Assembly (NCBI GenBank): GCA_014905635.1 | Contig: JABVCE010000010.1 | Location: 1,054,001 to 1,118,000 of the forward strand | DNA from: Scenedesmus sp. PABB004 | Taxonomy: Eukaryota | Length of the DNA stretch: 64,000 nucleotides | Reading direction: 5' to 3' | Shown here: piece by piece, positions 11,320-23,669 of the stretch | How positions within the stretch are numbered: the stretch's first letter is position 1 | How the letters are laid out: the number at the start of each line of letters is the position of its first letter | The notes under the pieces: generated by a model | What the model saw: the letters and a program-made list of their open reading frames with translations, nothing else | What the model was told of the DNA's origin: nothing | Database searches by the model: none | Translations under genes and position numbers: made by a program

Positions 11320-13111
11320 ATGGACGTGGACTCGCAGCCGCCGCCGCCGGGCGGCGGCGACGACGAGCAGCAGCAGGCGCTGCCGCCGGTGCACCTCGCG
11401 CTGCCGAGCGTCAAGGCGCTCACGACGCTGCTCACGGCGATCCGGCCGAGCGCCAAGCAGGTGCGCGCCGCAGGGCAGCGGAGCGGCGGCGGCGGCGCGG
11501 GTGCTGACGGCCGCAGCAGCGGCGGCGCCCGCGCTGCGCGGCGGGGGCCCCGCGCGGATTTAAAAACGCCGCCCGCCCGCGCGCGCCAGACGAGCTGCGT
11601 GCTGGTGGTGCCCCAGGGCGTGGAGATCCACTGGCAGGACGAGAGCAAGACGCTGGGCAGCTGCATCAAGCTGCGCTGCGAGGCGCGCGCACGCGGGGCG
11701 CCCGCCGGCAGCCCGCAGCCCGCAGCGCCGCGCCCGACCGCGTCCCCGCCGCCCTCTGCCGGCCCCCGCCCGCCCGCGCGCAGCTGTTCAGCACGTACGA
11801 CTGCGGCGGCGCGCGCCGCGTGTTTGGGGTGTCGCTGTCGCAGCTCGCCGACACGCTGAACGTGTTTGCCTCCGCTGCGAGCGGCGCGAGCCTCGAGCTG
11901 CGATACCCCGGCCCCGACGGCGAGCTGCAGCTCGAGTGAGTGAGAGAGAGAGCGCCCCGCGCGCCGCCGCGCCGGGGCTGTGCCTCGGCGCCCACGCCGC
12001 GTGTCGCCGCGCGCGCCACAGGATGGCCGACGGCGGCGGCGGTGGCGCCAGCGCCGGCCTCGACCTGGGCGGCGGCCCCGGGTGCGTGCTGTACGCCCGC
12101 CTCGGCACGCTGGAGGCGGAGCTGCCGCCAGACATGACCGACTATTGGAGCGAGCCGGCCAGCTACTTCCTGGTGGCGGGTGTGTGGATGTGTGTGTGGG
12201 AGAGCATGGGAGTCTGTGTGTGTGGGGGGAGAGGGTGGGAGTCTGCGTGTGTGTTTGGAGGAGGGGGGGGGGGGAGGGGGAGGAGCTTGCGCCGCGCGAG
12301 CTGGCCCTTGGCCGGCCAAGCGCCGGGCGCGCGCCGCCGCTGCGCCTGGGCTCCCACCGCCTTTGCCGCGACCGCCGCCGCCGCGTCCGCCCGCCTCTGC
12401 CGCCGCCGCCGCAGGCGGCCTGCTGAAGGAGGCGGCGGACGACCTCGAGTGGCCGGGCGGCGCCGTGAGCGTGCGGCTCACGCGCGACCCGCCGAGCATC
12501 GCGCTCGCGGCGGCGGGCACGGGCGCGCTCGAGGTGCGCGGCCGGCGGCCGGCGCGCGCACAGCTTGCAGCGCGCAGGGGTCGCCCCGGCGCGGCGCGGC
12601 GCGGCTGCGGGCGCCCCGCCCCCAGCCCCGCCCCGCCGCGGCCGCACAGGTGCAGCTGGACGCCGGGGACCTCGCCGCTTTCCACGTCGCGCTGCCGCAG
12701 GCGCGCCGCGCGCCGCGCGCGCCCCACGCGCCGCGCGCCGCCCCAGAGGCCCCCGCTGCGCGCCCGCGCCCGCCCTGCGCAGCCGCGCCCGCGCCCCCAG
12801 CCGCCGCCGCCGCCGCGCTGCGTTGCCGCGCGCGCCGAATGCTGCTGCAGGTCGCGGCGCGGTACAAGTACAAAAACCTGAAGGCTGCGCTGTGCTGCAT
12901 CCCGGACCCCCGCGACCTGGGCGGCGCGGCGGTGTCGACAAAGGCGCGCGGGCGGTCTCTCAGGGCGCAGGGGCCGGGGCGCGCGCGCGGCGCGGGCGCC
13001 GCCCGCCCCGTGGCGACGCGGGCGCCGCCCGCCCCATGCCGCCGCGCGCGCGCGCGTGCAGGTGAGCATCGACGCCAACGGCCTGCTGAAGGTCACACAC
13101 ATGGTGCCGCT

Positions 13112-13151
<40 letters not shown>

Positions 13152-13361
13152 TTTGGCGGCGGCGGCGGTGGCGGCTTCGGCGCGTCGCTCACGGGGCGCA
13201 CCGCGACGCAGGCACGTGGCGCGCGCGCGGGCGGCGGCGCACGGCCAGCGGCCGAGCCTGCGCGCGCGCCGCCGCCCCCGGCCGCGCAGGCCGCGCTCGA
13301 CTCGGCGCGCGTGGGCGTCATACAGTTTGTGTCGCTGCCGGTGGAGGAGGAGGACGAGTGA
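11320..13361 (+). CDS. RAD1: RAD1 subunit of the 9-1-1 checkpoint clamp, multi-exon
   Basis: PCNA-fold RAD1-like segments [78 protein letters not shown] and an acidic end [12 protein letters not shown]. Confidence 0.8.
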
Positions 13362-13668
13362 GCCGGCGGCGGCCTGGCCGCGCCCAGCAGCCAGGTCCGC
13401 CGCGCGGTCGCGCGGGCTGTGGTGCGGGCGCGGCGCCACAGGCGCAGGGCTTTGGGGCGCGCGGCGCTGGCGGCGGGCGTGAGGGACGCCCCGCGGTGTG
13501 GCCAGTCCCGTGTGTGCGTGTGTGGCCCCGCGCTCGCAAGCCCTGCTTTTCGCGCGCCGCCGCAACCGCTGCGCGGCCACGCAACTGCTGCTGCCGCTGC
13601 CGGCCCACCAGGCTCGCCGCCAGCCGCGCCGGCCCCGCCACGCGCTGCAGATCACTCCCGGGAGCGCC

Positions 13669-16600
13669 ATGCGGCCCGCCCTGGCCCGCTGCGGCGCCCG
13701 GCAGAGCGGCAGCAGCGCTGGCAGCGCCAGCGCCGCGGCGTCGCCGGCGGCGGCAGCGGCGCGCCGCCGGGCGCCCCTGAGCCCCAGCAGCGCGTCGCTG
13801 GCGGCGCCGGGCCGGCGCGGCAGCACGCGCAGCCGCGCCGCGCCGCGGGCCGCGGGCCCGGACAGCGCGGCAGCGCGCGGCGCGCCGCCGGCGGAGCCGG
13901 CCGCGCCGCCGCCGGCGCTGCGCCTCGCGCTCGCGGGCCTCGCCGCCGCGGCCGCGCTCGGCGGCGGCGCGCGCGGGCCCGGGCCCCGCGGCCGCCAAGC
14001 CGCGCATGACCCCGGACGAGCAGGTGACCGTCGACATCTTCCGCCGCTCCACGCCGTCCGTCGTCAACGTCACAAACCTCGCCGCGCGGTGCGCGCGCGC
14101 CGCTGCCGCTGCGCTCCACCCCGCGGCACGCCGGCGGCCGCCGCGCCGCGCCGCGGCGCGCCCGCCCGCGCAGCCAGCCCCGCCCGCGCCCGCCCACACA
14201 CCACTGCCGCCGCCAGGCGCGATGCCTTCACCATGAACATGCTCGAGATCCCCCAGGGCGCGGGGTCGGGCTTCCTCTGGGACACCGCGGGTGCGCCCCG
14301 CCGTACACGCGCGCCGCGCCGCGCCGCGCCGCCACACGCGCGCGCGCCTCGCTTCCAACGGCCGACCCCTCACGCGCCGCCCGGCGTCCGTCGTGCGTTT
14401 GAATCGTTTGAATGAACTGTCACTGCGGCCAGGCCACGTGATCACCAACTACCACGGTGCGCCGCCGCGCGTTCAAACCGCGTTCAAAACACCGCGCGCG
14501 CCGGCCGCGCGCCCCGCCGCCGCCCAGCCCCACCACGCCCCCCCTCCGCCCCTGCCCTGCCCCGCGCGCGCCCCCGCCGCTCGCCCGTTGTTCAAACGCC
14601 GTGGTTCCGCCCAAAACCCAAAACCCAAAACCCCCAAACCCAGTCGTCATTGACGCGAGCGACATCCAGGTCACCTTCACCGGCGGCGCCGAGTACAGCG
14701 CCAAGGTGATCGGCGTGGACCAGGACAAGGACGTCGCGGTGCTCGAGGTGCGTGGGCGGGCGGGTGGGAGGGCGGGTGGGCCCTAAACCCTGCCTCGGCC
14801 CCTAAACCTTGACCGGCGGCCGGGCCGGCGCCGCCGCCGCCGGGCCGCCCGCCTCGCAACGCCGGGGCCGCCTCGCGTGGGAGGGCGGCTTTGGGATTGT
14901 TTGGGCTCAGGGCCAGGGGCCGAGGGCGCTCACCGCGGCGCCCCCGCCGGCGCGCAGCTGGGCGTGGGCGCCGCCGACAAGGCGCCGCCGCCGCCGGAGC
15001 TGCTCAAGCCGCTCAGCCGGTGCAGCAACAGCGCCGACCTGCTGGTGGGGCAGAAGGTGGGCCGCGGCGCGCATGGCCGGCTGGGCGCGCGACACACGGC
15101 GCGCCGGGCCTGCTGCGCGCGGGTCGCTGACCGCGCCGCTCCCCCCCCTGCCCAGGTGTTTGCAATTGGGAACCCCTTTGGCCTGGTGCGGCGGCGCGCG
15201 CGCCGACCCCGCCCCACGCCGCCGCCGCGCGCCGCGTGCCGCCGCCGCTGACCGCCGCCGCCGCTCTCCGCGCGCCGCGCAGGACCACACGCTCACGACG
15301 GGCGTCGTGAGCGGCACTGGGCGTGAGATCAGCAGCATCAGCGGCCGGCCCATCCAGGACGTGATCCAGACCGACGCGGGTGCGCGCGCTTGCGCGCCGC
15401 CGCCGCCGCCGCGGCGCGCGCGCCGCCGCCGCGTGCCGTCACGGCCCGGGCCGCGCGTGTGAGGGCCGCAGCGGCTGAGGTCCCGTCCCCCCCCCCCCCC
15501 CCCCGGGCCCTCCCGGCCCCCCGCACCGCGCAGCGATCAACCGGGCAACTCTGGAGGCCCGCTGCTCGACAGCGGCGGCTGCCTCATAGGTCCGGCGCGC
15601 CGCCCGCCCGCGCGTGCTGCCCCTCCCCCCCCCTCCCCCTCCCCGTGCGGGCCCGCGCCGCTGCGCCACGCCGCCGCCTTAAGTCTCGCGCCGCCGCCGT
15701 CCCCCCACGCCGCCGCCGCCGCCCCGGCAGGCATCAACACCGCCATTTACTCCCCCAGCGGCGCCAACAGCGGCGTGGGCTTCGCCATCCCCGTGCGCCG
15801 CGCCGCCCCGCCGCCGCCCCCCGCCCCGCGCGTCCGCGCGTGCCCGCGCGCGCACACCCACGCGCGCGCCCGCGCGCGTCGCACACCCTAACGCGCCCCG
15901 CCGCCGCCGGCGCGCCCGCTGCCTCTCCAACCCTCAACCCTGCACCCTGCACCCTGCACCCTCAACCCCCAACCCTGCACCCTGCACCCTGCACCCTGCA
16001 CCCTGCACCCTGCACCCTGCACCCGCTGTGTTGTCACAGGTTGACGTCGTGCGGTCGAGCGTGGACCAGATCATCGCGTACGGCCGCGTCGTGCGCCCCG
16101 TGCTGGGCATCAGCTTCGCGCCCGACCAGTCGTCCGAGCAGCTCGGAATCAAGGGTGCGCCCCGGCGCGGCGGCGGCGGCGGTTGTGGTCGTGGGGTCGC
16201 GTGCCGGCGCCGGCCGACGCGCGCGCGCCCGCGCCGCCGCCTGCCCGCCGCGCCGCGTGCCGCGCCGCGGCGCGGCCCGCCGGCAGGCATCCTCGTGCTC
16301 TCCTCGCGCGAGGGCGGGCCCGCGTGGGCGGCGGGCGTGCGCGGCACGAGCCGCGACGAGTACGGGCGCCTCGTGCTGGGCGACATCATCACCGGCATCA
16401 ACGGCGAGGCCGTGCGCAACAGCTCAGACCTCTACCGCGTACTCGACCGCGCCCGGGTGCGCGGCAGCACGCGCGGCGTGCGGCGCGGCGCGCGGCGCGG
16501 CGTGCGGCGCGGCGTGCGGCACGGCGCGGCGTGCGGCGCGGCGCGCGGCGCGGCGCGCGGCGTGGCGTCGCTCAGCGGGCTGGCGGCCGGGGCGACTGCT

Positions 16601-16829
16601 CGGGGCAGCGTTCAGCGCGCCCCGGGTCGTCGCGGCGCGGCCGCGAGGGGCCCCGCGCGCGCGCGGCCCTGCGAGCCCTGGGCGCCGCCGCCGCGCGCGG
16701 CGCCGCACGCCGCACACACCGCGCCGCGCCGCGCCGCGTTCGCCGCAGGTCGGCGACTCACTCGACCTCGAGGTCCTGCGCGGCAACGCCAAGGAGCACC
16801 TCACCGCGGTGCTCGAGTCCAACTCTTGA
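13669..16829 (+). CDS. DEG1: Deg/HtrA serine protease, Deg1-like (thylakoid lumen), multi-exon; apparent frameshift near 13970
   Basis: EQVTVDIFRRSTPSVVNVTNLAA, IPQGAGSGFLWD, GHVITNYH, DQDKDVAVL, AIGNPFGLDHTLTTGVVSG, IQTDAAIN-GNSGGPLLDS, GINTAIYSPSGANSGVGFAIP and a PDZ domain (GDIITGING). Confidence 0.88.
15930..16025. repeat. (ACCCTGC)n heptamer tandem repeat, telomere-like, intronic
   Basis: Multiple accctgc units mixed with accctca/aaccc. Confidence 0.9.
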
Positions 16830-17088
16830 TTGCAACTCGGACGAACGCACGAGCCCAGCTCCGCGCCCGCGGGAGCGCGCCGGACGGCTGGCCTGGCCCG
16901 GCGGGCTGGCGCGGGGCTGACACGGGCGCGGCGCGGTGTCGGGGCTGGCGGCGCGGCGGCGGCGGCGCGCGTGTATCATCATGTTTCGTGGCGGCTGCCG
17001 CTCTGGACCGGACTTGAACTCAACTCACACAGCGCGCCCGGGGCGCGCGTGCGGCGCTCATGGCGCGCGCGCGCTTTGTGGCGCGCGC

Positions 17089-17093
17089 TGTAA
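17089..17093 (+). promoter_or_regulatory. TGTAA polyadenylation signal of the Deg1-like gene
   Basis: TGTAA about 260 nt downstream of the stop codon. Confidence 0.55.
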
Positions 17094-17138
17094 CTGCAAT
17101 GCCTCCCCGTCCTCGGCCGTGCGCAGCGGCGCGCCCCC

Positions 17139-19567
17139 TCAGGCGCGTCGCTGCGGCGCCGCGCCGCCGCCGCGGCCGTCGTCGCCGTCATCATCCGCGA
17201 GGGCGAGCCGGCTGTGCAGCGGCAGGCCGGGCGCGGCGCCGCGCGCGCGGCCGCCGGCGGCCGCCGCCGGCTGCGGCGCCGGCGGCGGCGAGCCCGCGAG
17301 CACCTGCGCCTGCAGCTCTGCGAGCCCTCGCCGCAGCGCGCGGCTCAGGCGGTGCTGGTCCGCGAGCGCCGCCGCCTTGACTTCCAACTCAAGCCGCAGG
17401 CACGCCGCCTCGTCGCGGCTGCGCTGCAGCTCGCGCGCGAGCGCCTCCAGGCGCGCCGCCTGCGCCGCGAGCTGTTCGTCCCGCAGCCGCGCCGCATCCG
17501 CGCCCGCCTGCACCTCCGCACGCAGCGCCGCGGCCTCGCCGGCCTCGTCCGAGGCGGCCGCCGCGCCCCCGCCCGGCGCCGGCGGCCGCGCCGCCGGGGG
17601 CCGCCGGGCTGCTCCTCTGCCAGCTGCGCGGTCGCCGCCTCGAGCTGTGCCAACAGCTCGCGGCGCTCCCGGCCCGCCTCCTGCGCCGCCGCCGCCAGCT
17701 CGCGCTCCCGCGCCTCCAGCTCGCGTCGCAGCGCGCGGGCCTCCAGCTGCGCTGCCGCCAGCTCCTGCCCGCCCTGCGCCGGGTCGGGCTGCTGCTCGGG
17801 CCGCTCCAGCTCTGACGCCTCTGGCGCTCCGCCGCAGGAGCCCCACACCGCGCCCACTCGGCTCGGACTGACGCTGCTCGCGGGCTCGCCGGCAGGCTCG
17901 CCGGCGGGCTCGCCGCTGGGCTCCCGCTGCAGCCCCTGCGCCTGCCGCTGCGGCAGGCCGTCCGCCAGCGGCGCGTGGTGCTGGGCAGCCTCAAGCTGGG
18001 CTGCCAGCGCCACGACCTCGGCCCGCAGGCTGGCGATGGTGGCCTGCGCGGCGGCGTCCGCCTCCCCCGGCTCGCCCGCCTGCGCCTGCTCGGACCCGGC
18101 GCAGCCCGCCAGCGCCGCCGCGACGGCCGACTCCACCGCACCGGTGCCGCGTGGGCTCGCCGCGCCCGCCGCGCGCAGCGTCGCGCACTGCTCCTGCTGC
18201 TGCCGCCGCAGCACGTGGAGCGACCGCTCCAGCTGCACGATCGCGCGCAGCTGCTGCGCGAGCGCGTCGCGCAGCCGTGCGCGCTCGCACGCGACCACCC
18301 TCACCTCGTCCGCCACCGCCTGCAGCTCCTGCAGCATCGCGGCGGCCGCTACGGTGGCGCCATCAGCAGCACCGTCGCCGCCGGGGGCCGCCGCCGCCGC
18401 GGCCGCCGCCGGCGTCGATGCAGCGCGTGCCTCAGCAGCGCACGCCGCGCCGTCGCCGCCTGCAGCGGGCCGCGGCTCGCCGGCGTCGCCGCCGTCGCTG
18501 CCCGCGGCCAGTGCTCGCCGCAGCTGGCTGACGCCGAGCGCGAGCAGGTCCTGCGCGTCCTGCTGCTGCCGGCGCAGCGCTGCGCGCAGCGACGTGCCGT
18601 CGAGCAGCGCGTGCACCAGCTGCGCCTGCAGCTCCGCCACCTGCGCCTGCAGCTCCTGCACCTCGCCGTGCGCCCGCTCGGCGCCGCGCTCCGCCTGCGC
18701 CCGCTCCAACTCCAGCAGGTGCAGCAGCGCCTCCGCCTCGCAGCGCTGCCGCGCCGCATCGGCGGCGGCGGCGTCGCGCTCCGCCGCGAGCAGCTGTGCC
18801 GCCGCCGCCGCCTCGTGCTCGCTCGCCGCCAGCCGTGCCGCCGCCTCCCGCTGCGCGTCTGCCAGCTGGCCCAGCTGCCGCCGCTCCAGCCGCTCCAGCT
18901 GGCCCTGCAGATCCGCCGTCGCCGCCAGCTGCACCCGCAGCGCCGCCAGCTCGCGGCCGGCGCACGCCAGCTGTCCCGCCTGGCGCCCGAGCTGGCTGAC
19001 GACCGCCGCCAGCGCGCGCGCCTGCTCCGCGCCGCCGCCCGCCTGCTCGGCAGGCGGTCGCTGCGCCGTCGCCGGCGGCCGCGCCGCCAGCGCGGCGCCG
19101 AGCTGGCGCTGCAGGCGCTCGCGCTCCTCCGTGCCGCGCGCCGCGGCGCCCGCCCGTGCGAGCTGCGTCTGCAGCGCCACGACCTGCTGCTGGAGCTCGC
19201 GGTTCTCCCTGCTGAGCGCCTTTGTGAGGCTCGCGTGGTAGCTGCCCGGCGCCGGCGCGCCCGCGTCGCCTGCCGCGCCCGCGGCCAGCCCCGGCGGCGC
19301 CGCGCCCGGCTCGCTCAAGCTCAGCAGCGGCGCGCACTCGGCTGCGCGCGCGGCGCCCTCGTCCGTCGCCGACAGCGAGCGCGGGCGCGCCGGCGCGCGC
19401 TGCTCCTGCGCGCCCGCCGCGGCGCCGCACTCTGCCGCCGCGCGCGCGAGCTCCGCACAGATGCGCGACACCTCGCCCGCCGTGAACGAGCTGGCCAGGC
19501 GGCCCGCGAGCGCGGCGCACAGCCGCTCCTGCTCCTCTGGCAGCTGCTGGGGCGTCGCCTGTGCCAT
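17139..19567 (-). CDS. Long Ala/Glu/Gln-rich coiled-coil protein of unknown function; apparent frameshift near 17600
   Basis: MAQATPQQLPEEQERL... heptad-rich ORF; the coiled-coil character continues in a different frame (SDEAGEAAALRAEVQ...) to TGA 17139. Confidence 0.6.
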
Positions 19568-20062
19568 GCCGGGCGATCTCGCACGCGCCGCTGCGGCCCG
19601 CTGTCGGCGCCCGAAAGCGGCGTTGAACGGCGGTTGCTGGCCGCGCCGCGCCGCGCCGCCTACAGCCACCCGGTCAGCCTCTGCACGCGGGATGGAAGGT
19701 TTCCCAGCAGCTCGCGCGGGCCGTGTGCACGCTGCGGGCGCCTGGAGCGCGCGCGGTGGTTGGCGAGCAGCGGCGGCGGCGGCGAGGCCGGCGAGCGCTG
19801 TGGCGGCGCGCGGTGGCGGCCCCAGGAGCGCGGCTGCAGTGGTCCCGGTGCGCTGCCCTCCACGCTGGAGGCGGGCCGGCTCAAGCGGCGGCGCGGGGGT
19901 TCAGGTTGCAGCGACGCCCCGCCGTTCGACAGGCTGGCGGCTCAAGCTCCGACAACCTCTGCTCTGCCCAAAGAGCCCAGCAGCTCTACCCAAGGGAAGG
20001 CATGCCCCTTCAGCACGCCGCGCCCTGACTGCGCCCTGACTGCGCGCTGCCACCGCGCCCGG

Positions 20063-21513
20063 TCACTGCGCGCACTGCCAGTAGTACGCGTCGCGCCTCG
20101 TGCAGCGATAGCCCGACGCGCAGCAGTGCCCCGGCCACGCCGCGTCCTTGCACGCGCCGCCCGGCTTGCTCGTGCACTCGCCGCCGGCGCCCCCGCACTG
20201 CGCCCACGCCGCGACGCGCGTGCCGCAGTCGCCGCCCGGCGGCGGCGGCGCGGGGCCGGGCGCGGGCGGCGGCGCGGGGCCGGGCGTCGGCGGCGGCGCG
20301 GGGCCGGGCGTCGGCGGCGGCGCGGTGCCGCCCCAAGTCCATGACGGTCCGTTGTAGGCGCCCAGGGGCTGGTCGCAGACGACCATGCGTAGGCCCTTGA
20401 ATTGAGAGGTATACGGCGACCCGGGGCCGAGCTGGCCGCCGAACGAGCTGCGCGGCGGCGGCCGCCGCGCGCAGCAGCAGCAGCGTGTCGGGCGCGCGCC
20501 GGCTGCGCGCGGGGCGCTGGGAGCCATGAAACCGCATTTACATGCGTAAACCCAAACGGTCAAAACCCTGAGCCCCGCGCACCCGCCGTTGTCGATGTCG
20601 TGCCACATGGAGAAGGTGGGGTAGCTCGGCAGCACCGGCGGCCTGGTGGAGGGCCGAAGGGCGGGCCGGGGCGGAGACGAGGGCCGGGGCGGGGCGGGCG
20701 CCGCGCAGTGAGCGCGGCCGGCGGCGGGCAGCAGGCGGCCGCGCAGCGGGCCCGCGCGCGCGCCTGAAGTTTTTGGTCGTGCACTTGCCGACCATGTCGC
20801 ACCACTGATAGGGCTGGTCGTAGAAATTCCTGCGGCGCGGCACACGGCTCGGCCGCCAGCAGAGCCGGGGCCGGCGCGGCGCGGGCGCTCGGGCGCGGGC
20901 GGCGCGCGGCCGCGCGGCCGCGCGGCCGCGCGCGCCTGCGCAGGACGCGGTTGTTGACGATCCATGCGACCGCGTTGGGCTGCCAGTGAATCTTAAAGTT
21001 GTAGAACGCCTCACTCACGGGCTGGCTCGTCTTGAGCGTCGCCATGTAGGACGTCGGCGGGATCATGCGCTCGCCAAAGCTGCTGCCGCCCTTGAAGCTG
21101 CGCCGTGCCGCGGGCGGCGCGGGCGGCGCGCGCGCGGGCGCGGCGGGGCAACCCCGGCTTGGCGGGCGCGCAACGGGCGGCTCAAACCCCGCAGCGCGCC
21201 GCCGACAGGCCCAGCCCGGCCCAGGCCCCCGGCCGGGCCGCGCGCGCGCGCGCCTGTTGGTCCAGAAGCTGCCGGGGACGCCGGGGTTGGCGTTCAAAAA
21301 CTCAAAGTCGATCTCACTGAAGTCGCGCGTCTCCTGCTGCGTGTCGGAGCGGAGGTAGAACGCCGACACCGCGCCCGACGCGCCCGACACGCGCGCGGTG
21401 ACCTCGACCAGGCCGTACTCCATCGCCTGTGCGTGCGCGCGCGTGCATTTTTGGCGGCGCGGCGGGGCTCGTGGGGCTCGCGCGTGGGGGCGTGCAGGGC
21501 CGGCACAGCCCCC

Positions 21514-21547
<34 letters not shown>

Positions 21548-21734
21548 AGCCGCCGCCGCCGCCGGAGCCGCCGCCGCCGCCGGCGCCGCCCACCAGCGGG
21601 TAGTACAGCCGCGCGCCGCTGTTGCCGTCCATGCGGATCGTCATCGTGCCGTCGGCAAAGCTCGTGCGGTCCTGCGGCGCGCGGCGGCTCGCTCACCCTC
21701 AACCCAAGGTCGCGCGGCGCGAGGGGCGCGCCGA

Positions 21735-21766
<32 letters not shown>

Positions 21767-22744
21767 GGCAGAGCGGGGTTTAGGGCTCCGCGTGTGCCGG
21801 CGGCGCGCCTGGTTGTACGCCCAGCGGAAGCTCTCGGGGCGCATGGGAATGTCGAGCACGCGGCAGCCGCGCGACGCGGCGTGATAATCATTGTAGAAGA
21901 CAGCCACCGCGTTGGCGTCGGTGCGCGCGTCGCACACGGCCGCGGGGAGGCGGGCGGAGTCCCTGGGGAGCTCTGCGCGCGCACGCGCGCACGCGCGGGG
22001 CGGCGGCGGCGCGTCGCGGCGGGGTCGCGGCAGCCGCGGGGGTCGCTGCGTCGCCGCGCGCGGGCGCACCCATGGTGCAGATGCAGGCCCCCCACGTCTT
22101 GACGACGGTGAATGCAAACCAGCGGTCCTCGCACCACTTGCGGCAGCCCGTGACCTTGTCGAGCTTCTTCTGCGTGTCCCAGGCGATGCCCACGAGCTTG
22201 GTGACGTCGAAGCAGCCCAGGAACGCGCCGTTCTCGGTGTTGACTGCGCGCGCGGAGCGGGGCGCACGGCGGAGCAGCGAGCGGGGCGTCACCCGCCCGC
22301 TGCAGTGAGCCCTCCACGCCACCCAACAGTGCCCGCCACGCGCAGCCGCCGCAGCCAAAGGGTGTGGGCCCCGCCGCAGAGTGCGCGATCTGCCAGGCGT
22401 CACCCGCCGCCGCACGCGCGGCGCGCGCTGCCGGCGGCGCCCGTGCTGATCGGCCGGGCGGAGGCCGTGTTGTGTGCAGTGCGGCTCGCAGCGCGGCCCG
22501 GCGGCCGCCTGCCGCGGCAGGGCAGCGGCAGCGACGGCAGCGCCGCCGCACCCGCGGGCGCTCCACGCGCGGCGGCAAAGTTCGTCGGCGGCACTGGCGT
22601 CAGTGTGGCGCCACGTCCGCGCACGGCCTTGGGCGGCAACGCGGGCGCGCCGGCCTGCTGCAGCGAGCGCTGCGGGCCCGCGCCCGCTGCGCGCCCGGCC
22701 GCCGCGAGCAGGACGGCCAGCGCGAGCGCTGCGTGGCGCGCCAT
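20063..22744 (-). CDS. Secreted glycoside hydrolase family 16 (XTH/EG16/licheninase-like) with an N-terminal Cys-rich WSC-like domain and a C-terminal CBM1-like module
   Basis: Signal peptide MARHAALALAVLLAAA; FLGCFD...CRKWC...GACIC; YGLVEVTARV...GAVSAFYL; catalytic EIDFEFL; FYNFKIHWQPNAVAWIVN; Pro linker; WAQCGG...CCASGYRCTRRDAYYWQC*. Confidence 0.85.
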
Positions 22745-23473
22745 GGCGCCCGGCTGTCGGAGCAACAGCGATCGCGCCCGGCACTGCGGCCGCCGCGGCG
22801 CATGGGCGGCCGCCCTCCGCAGGCGACGGCGCTGCGCACGCGCGCGGTTGAGCGTGTGCCGGCGGTTGCGCACGCGTGCCGCGCTGCGCGCGGCCGGCCG
22901 TGCCCGGCGTGCGCCGGGCGCGGGCCCACGTCGCCGCGCTGCCGGCGCCGGGTGACGCCGGCGTGCGCTGCTGCCGGCGACCGTGCAGGCGGCGCCGGTG
23001 TCGACGGCCGCCGACGCCCGCGGGCACGCACCCGCCGCTGCTGCGGCGCCGCCGGCCGGGCGCGTGCGCGCCAGGCCCCGCGCGGCACCGGGCCGGCGTG
23101 GCGTGACGGCGTGCAGCGCAGCGTGCTCGCCACTGGGTGCACCCGCGGCGTGGTGCCGTACGGCGGCCGTGCGCGGGGCCGGCGGAGATGCTGAACGCTG
23201 CGCGAGCACGCGGTGGCGCAGGGCGCGCGCGACGCGGGAGCCCGTCCCAGCGGGCCGGTTTGACGTCGCGGCGACCGCGTTACGCGACGCCCTGCGCGCT
23301 GCAGCAGGGCCGCAATCGCAAACGCGCGCCGGCTGGTCAGCAACACATCCTCCTACGCAGACGCGGGTGGTGCCGCCCCCGCCGCCGCTGCGCGTCACTC
23401 TCGGAAGCCCAGCGGGGCCGCTCACGCCGCAAACCAGGCCAGCCATGACGCGCGGCATCAGGCAGGCCACCTC
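22302..23473. repeat. 1172-bp direct repeat, copy A
   Basis: Matches 25443-26614 at offset 3141; one visible mismatch (22319 C vs 25460 T). Confidence 0.93.
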
Positions 23474-23669
23474 TGCCCGGTCAAACAGTCATACACAGCC
23501 TCCGTCGCTGCACAGCAGCCGTCACAGGGGCGTCGCAGCCCCAAGGCGCCAAGGGCGTGTTGCAGCCCCTGCCCCACAAACGGGGGCGTCACAGCCCCAG
23601 GTCCAGTCAGGTGCGGCGGGCGCGCGCGGCAGCAGCTGCGCGCGCGCCGCTCGCGCTGCCGGCCAGCGC

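Noticed and set aside
21515..21595. (GGGGS)n-like linker suggesting a synthetic construct
   Set aside because: It appears to lie inside a GH16 intron (donor after YYPL), and GGC runs are ubiquitous in this window.
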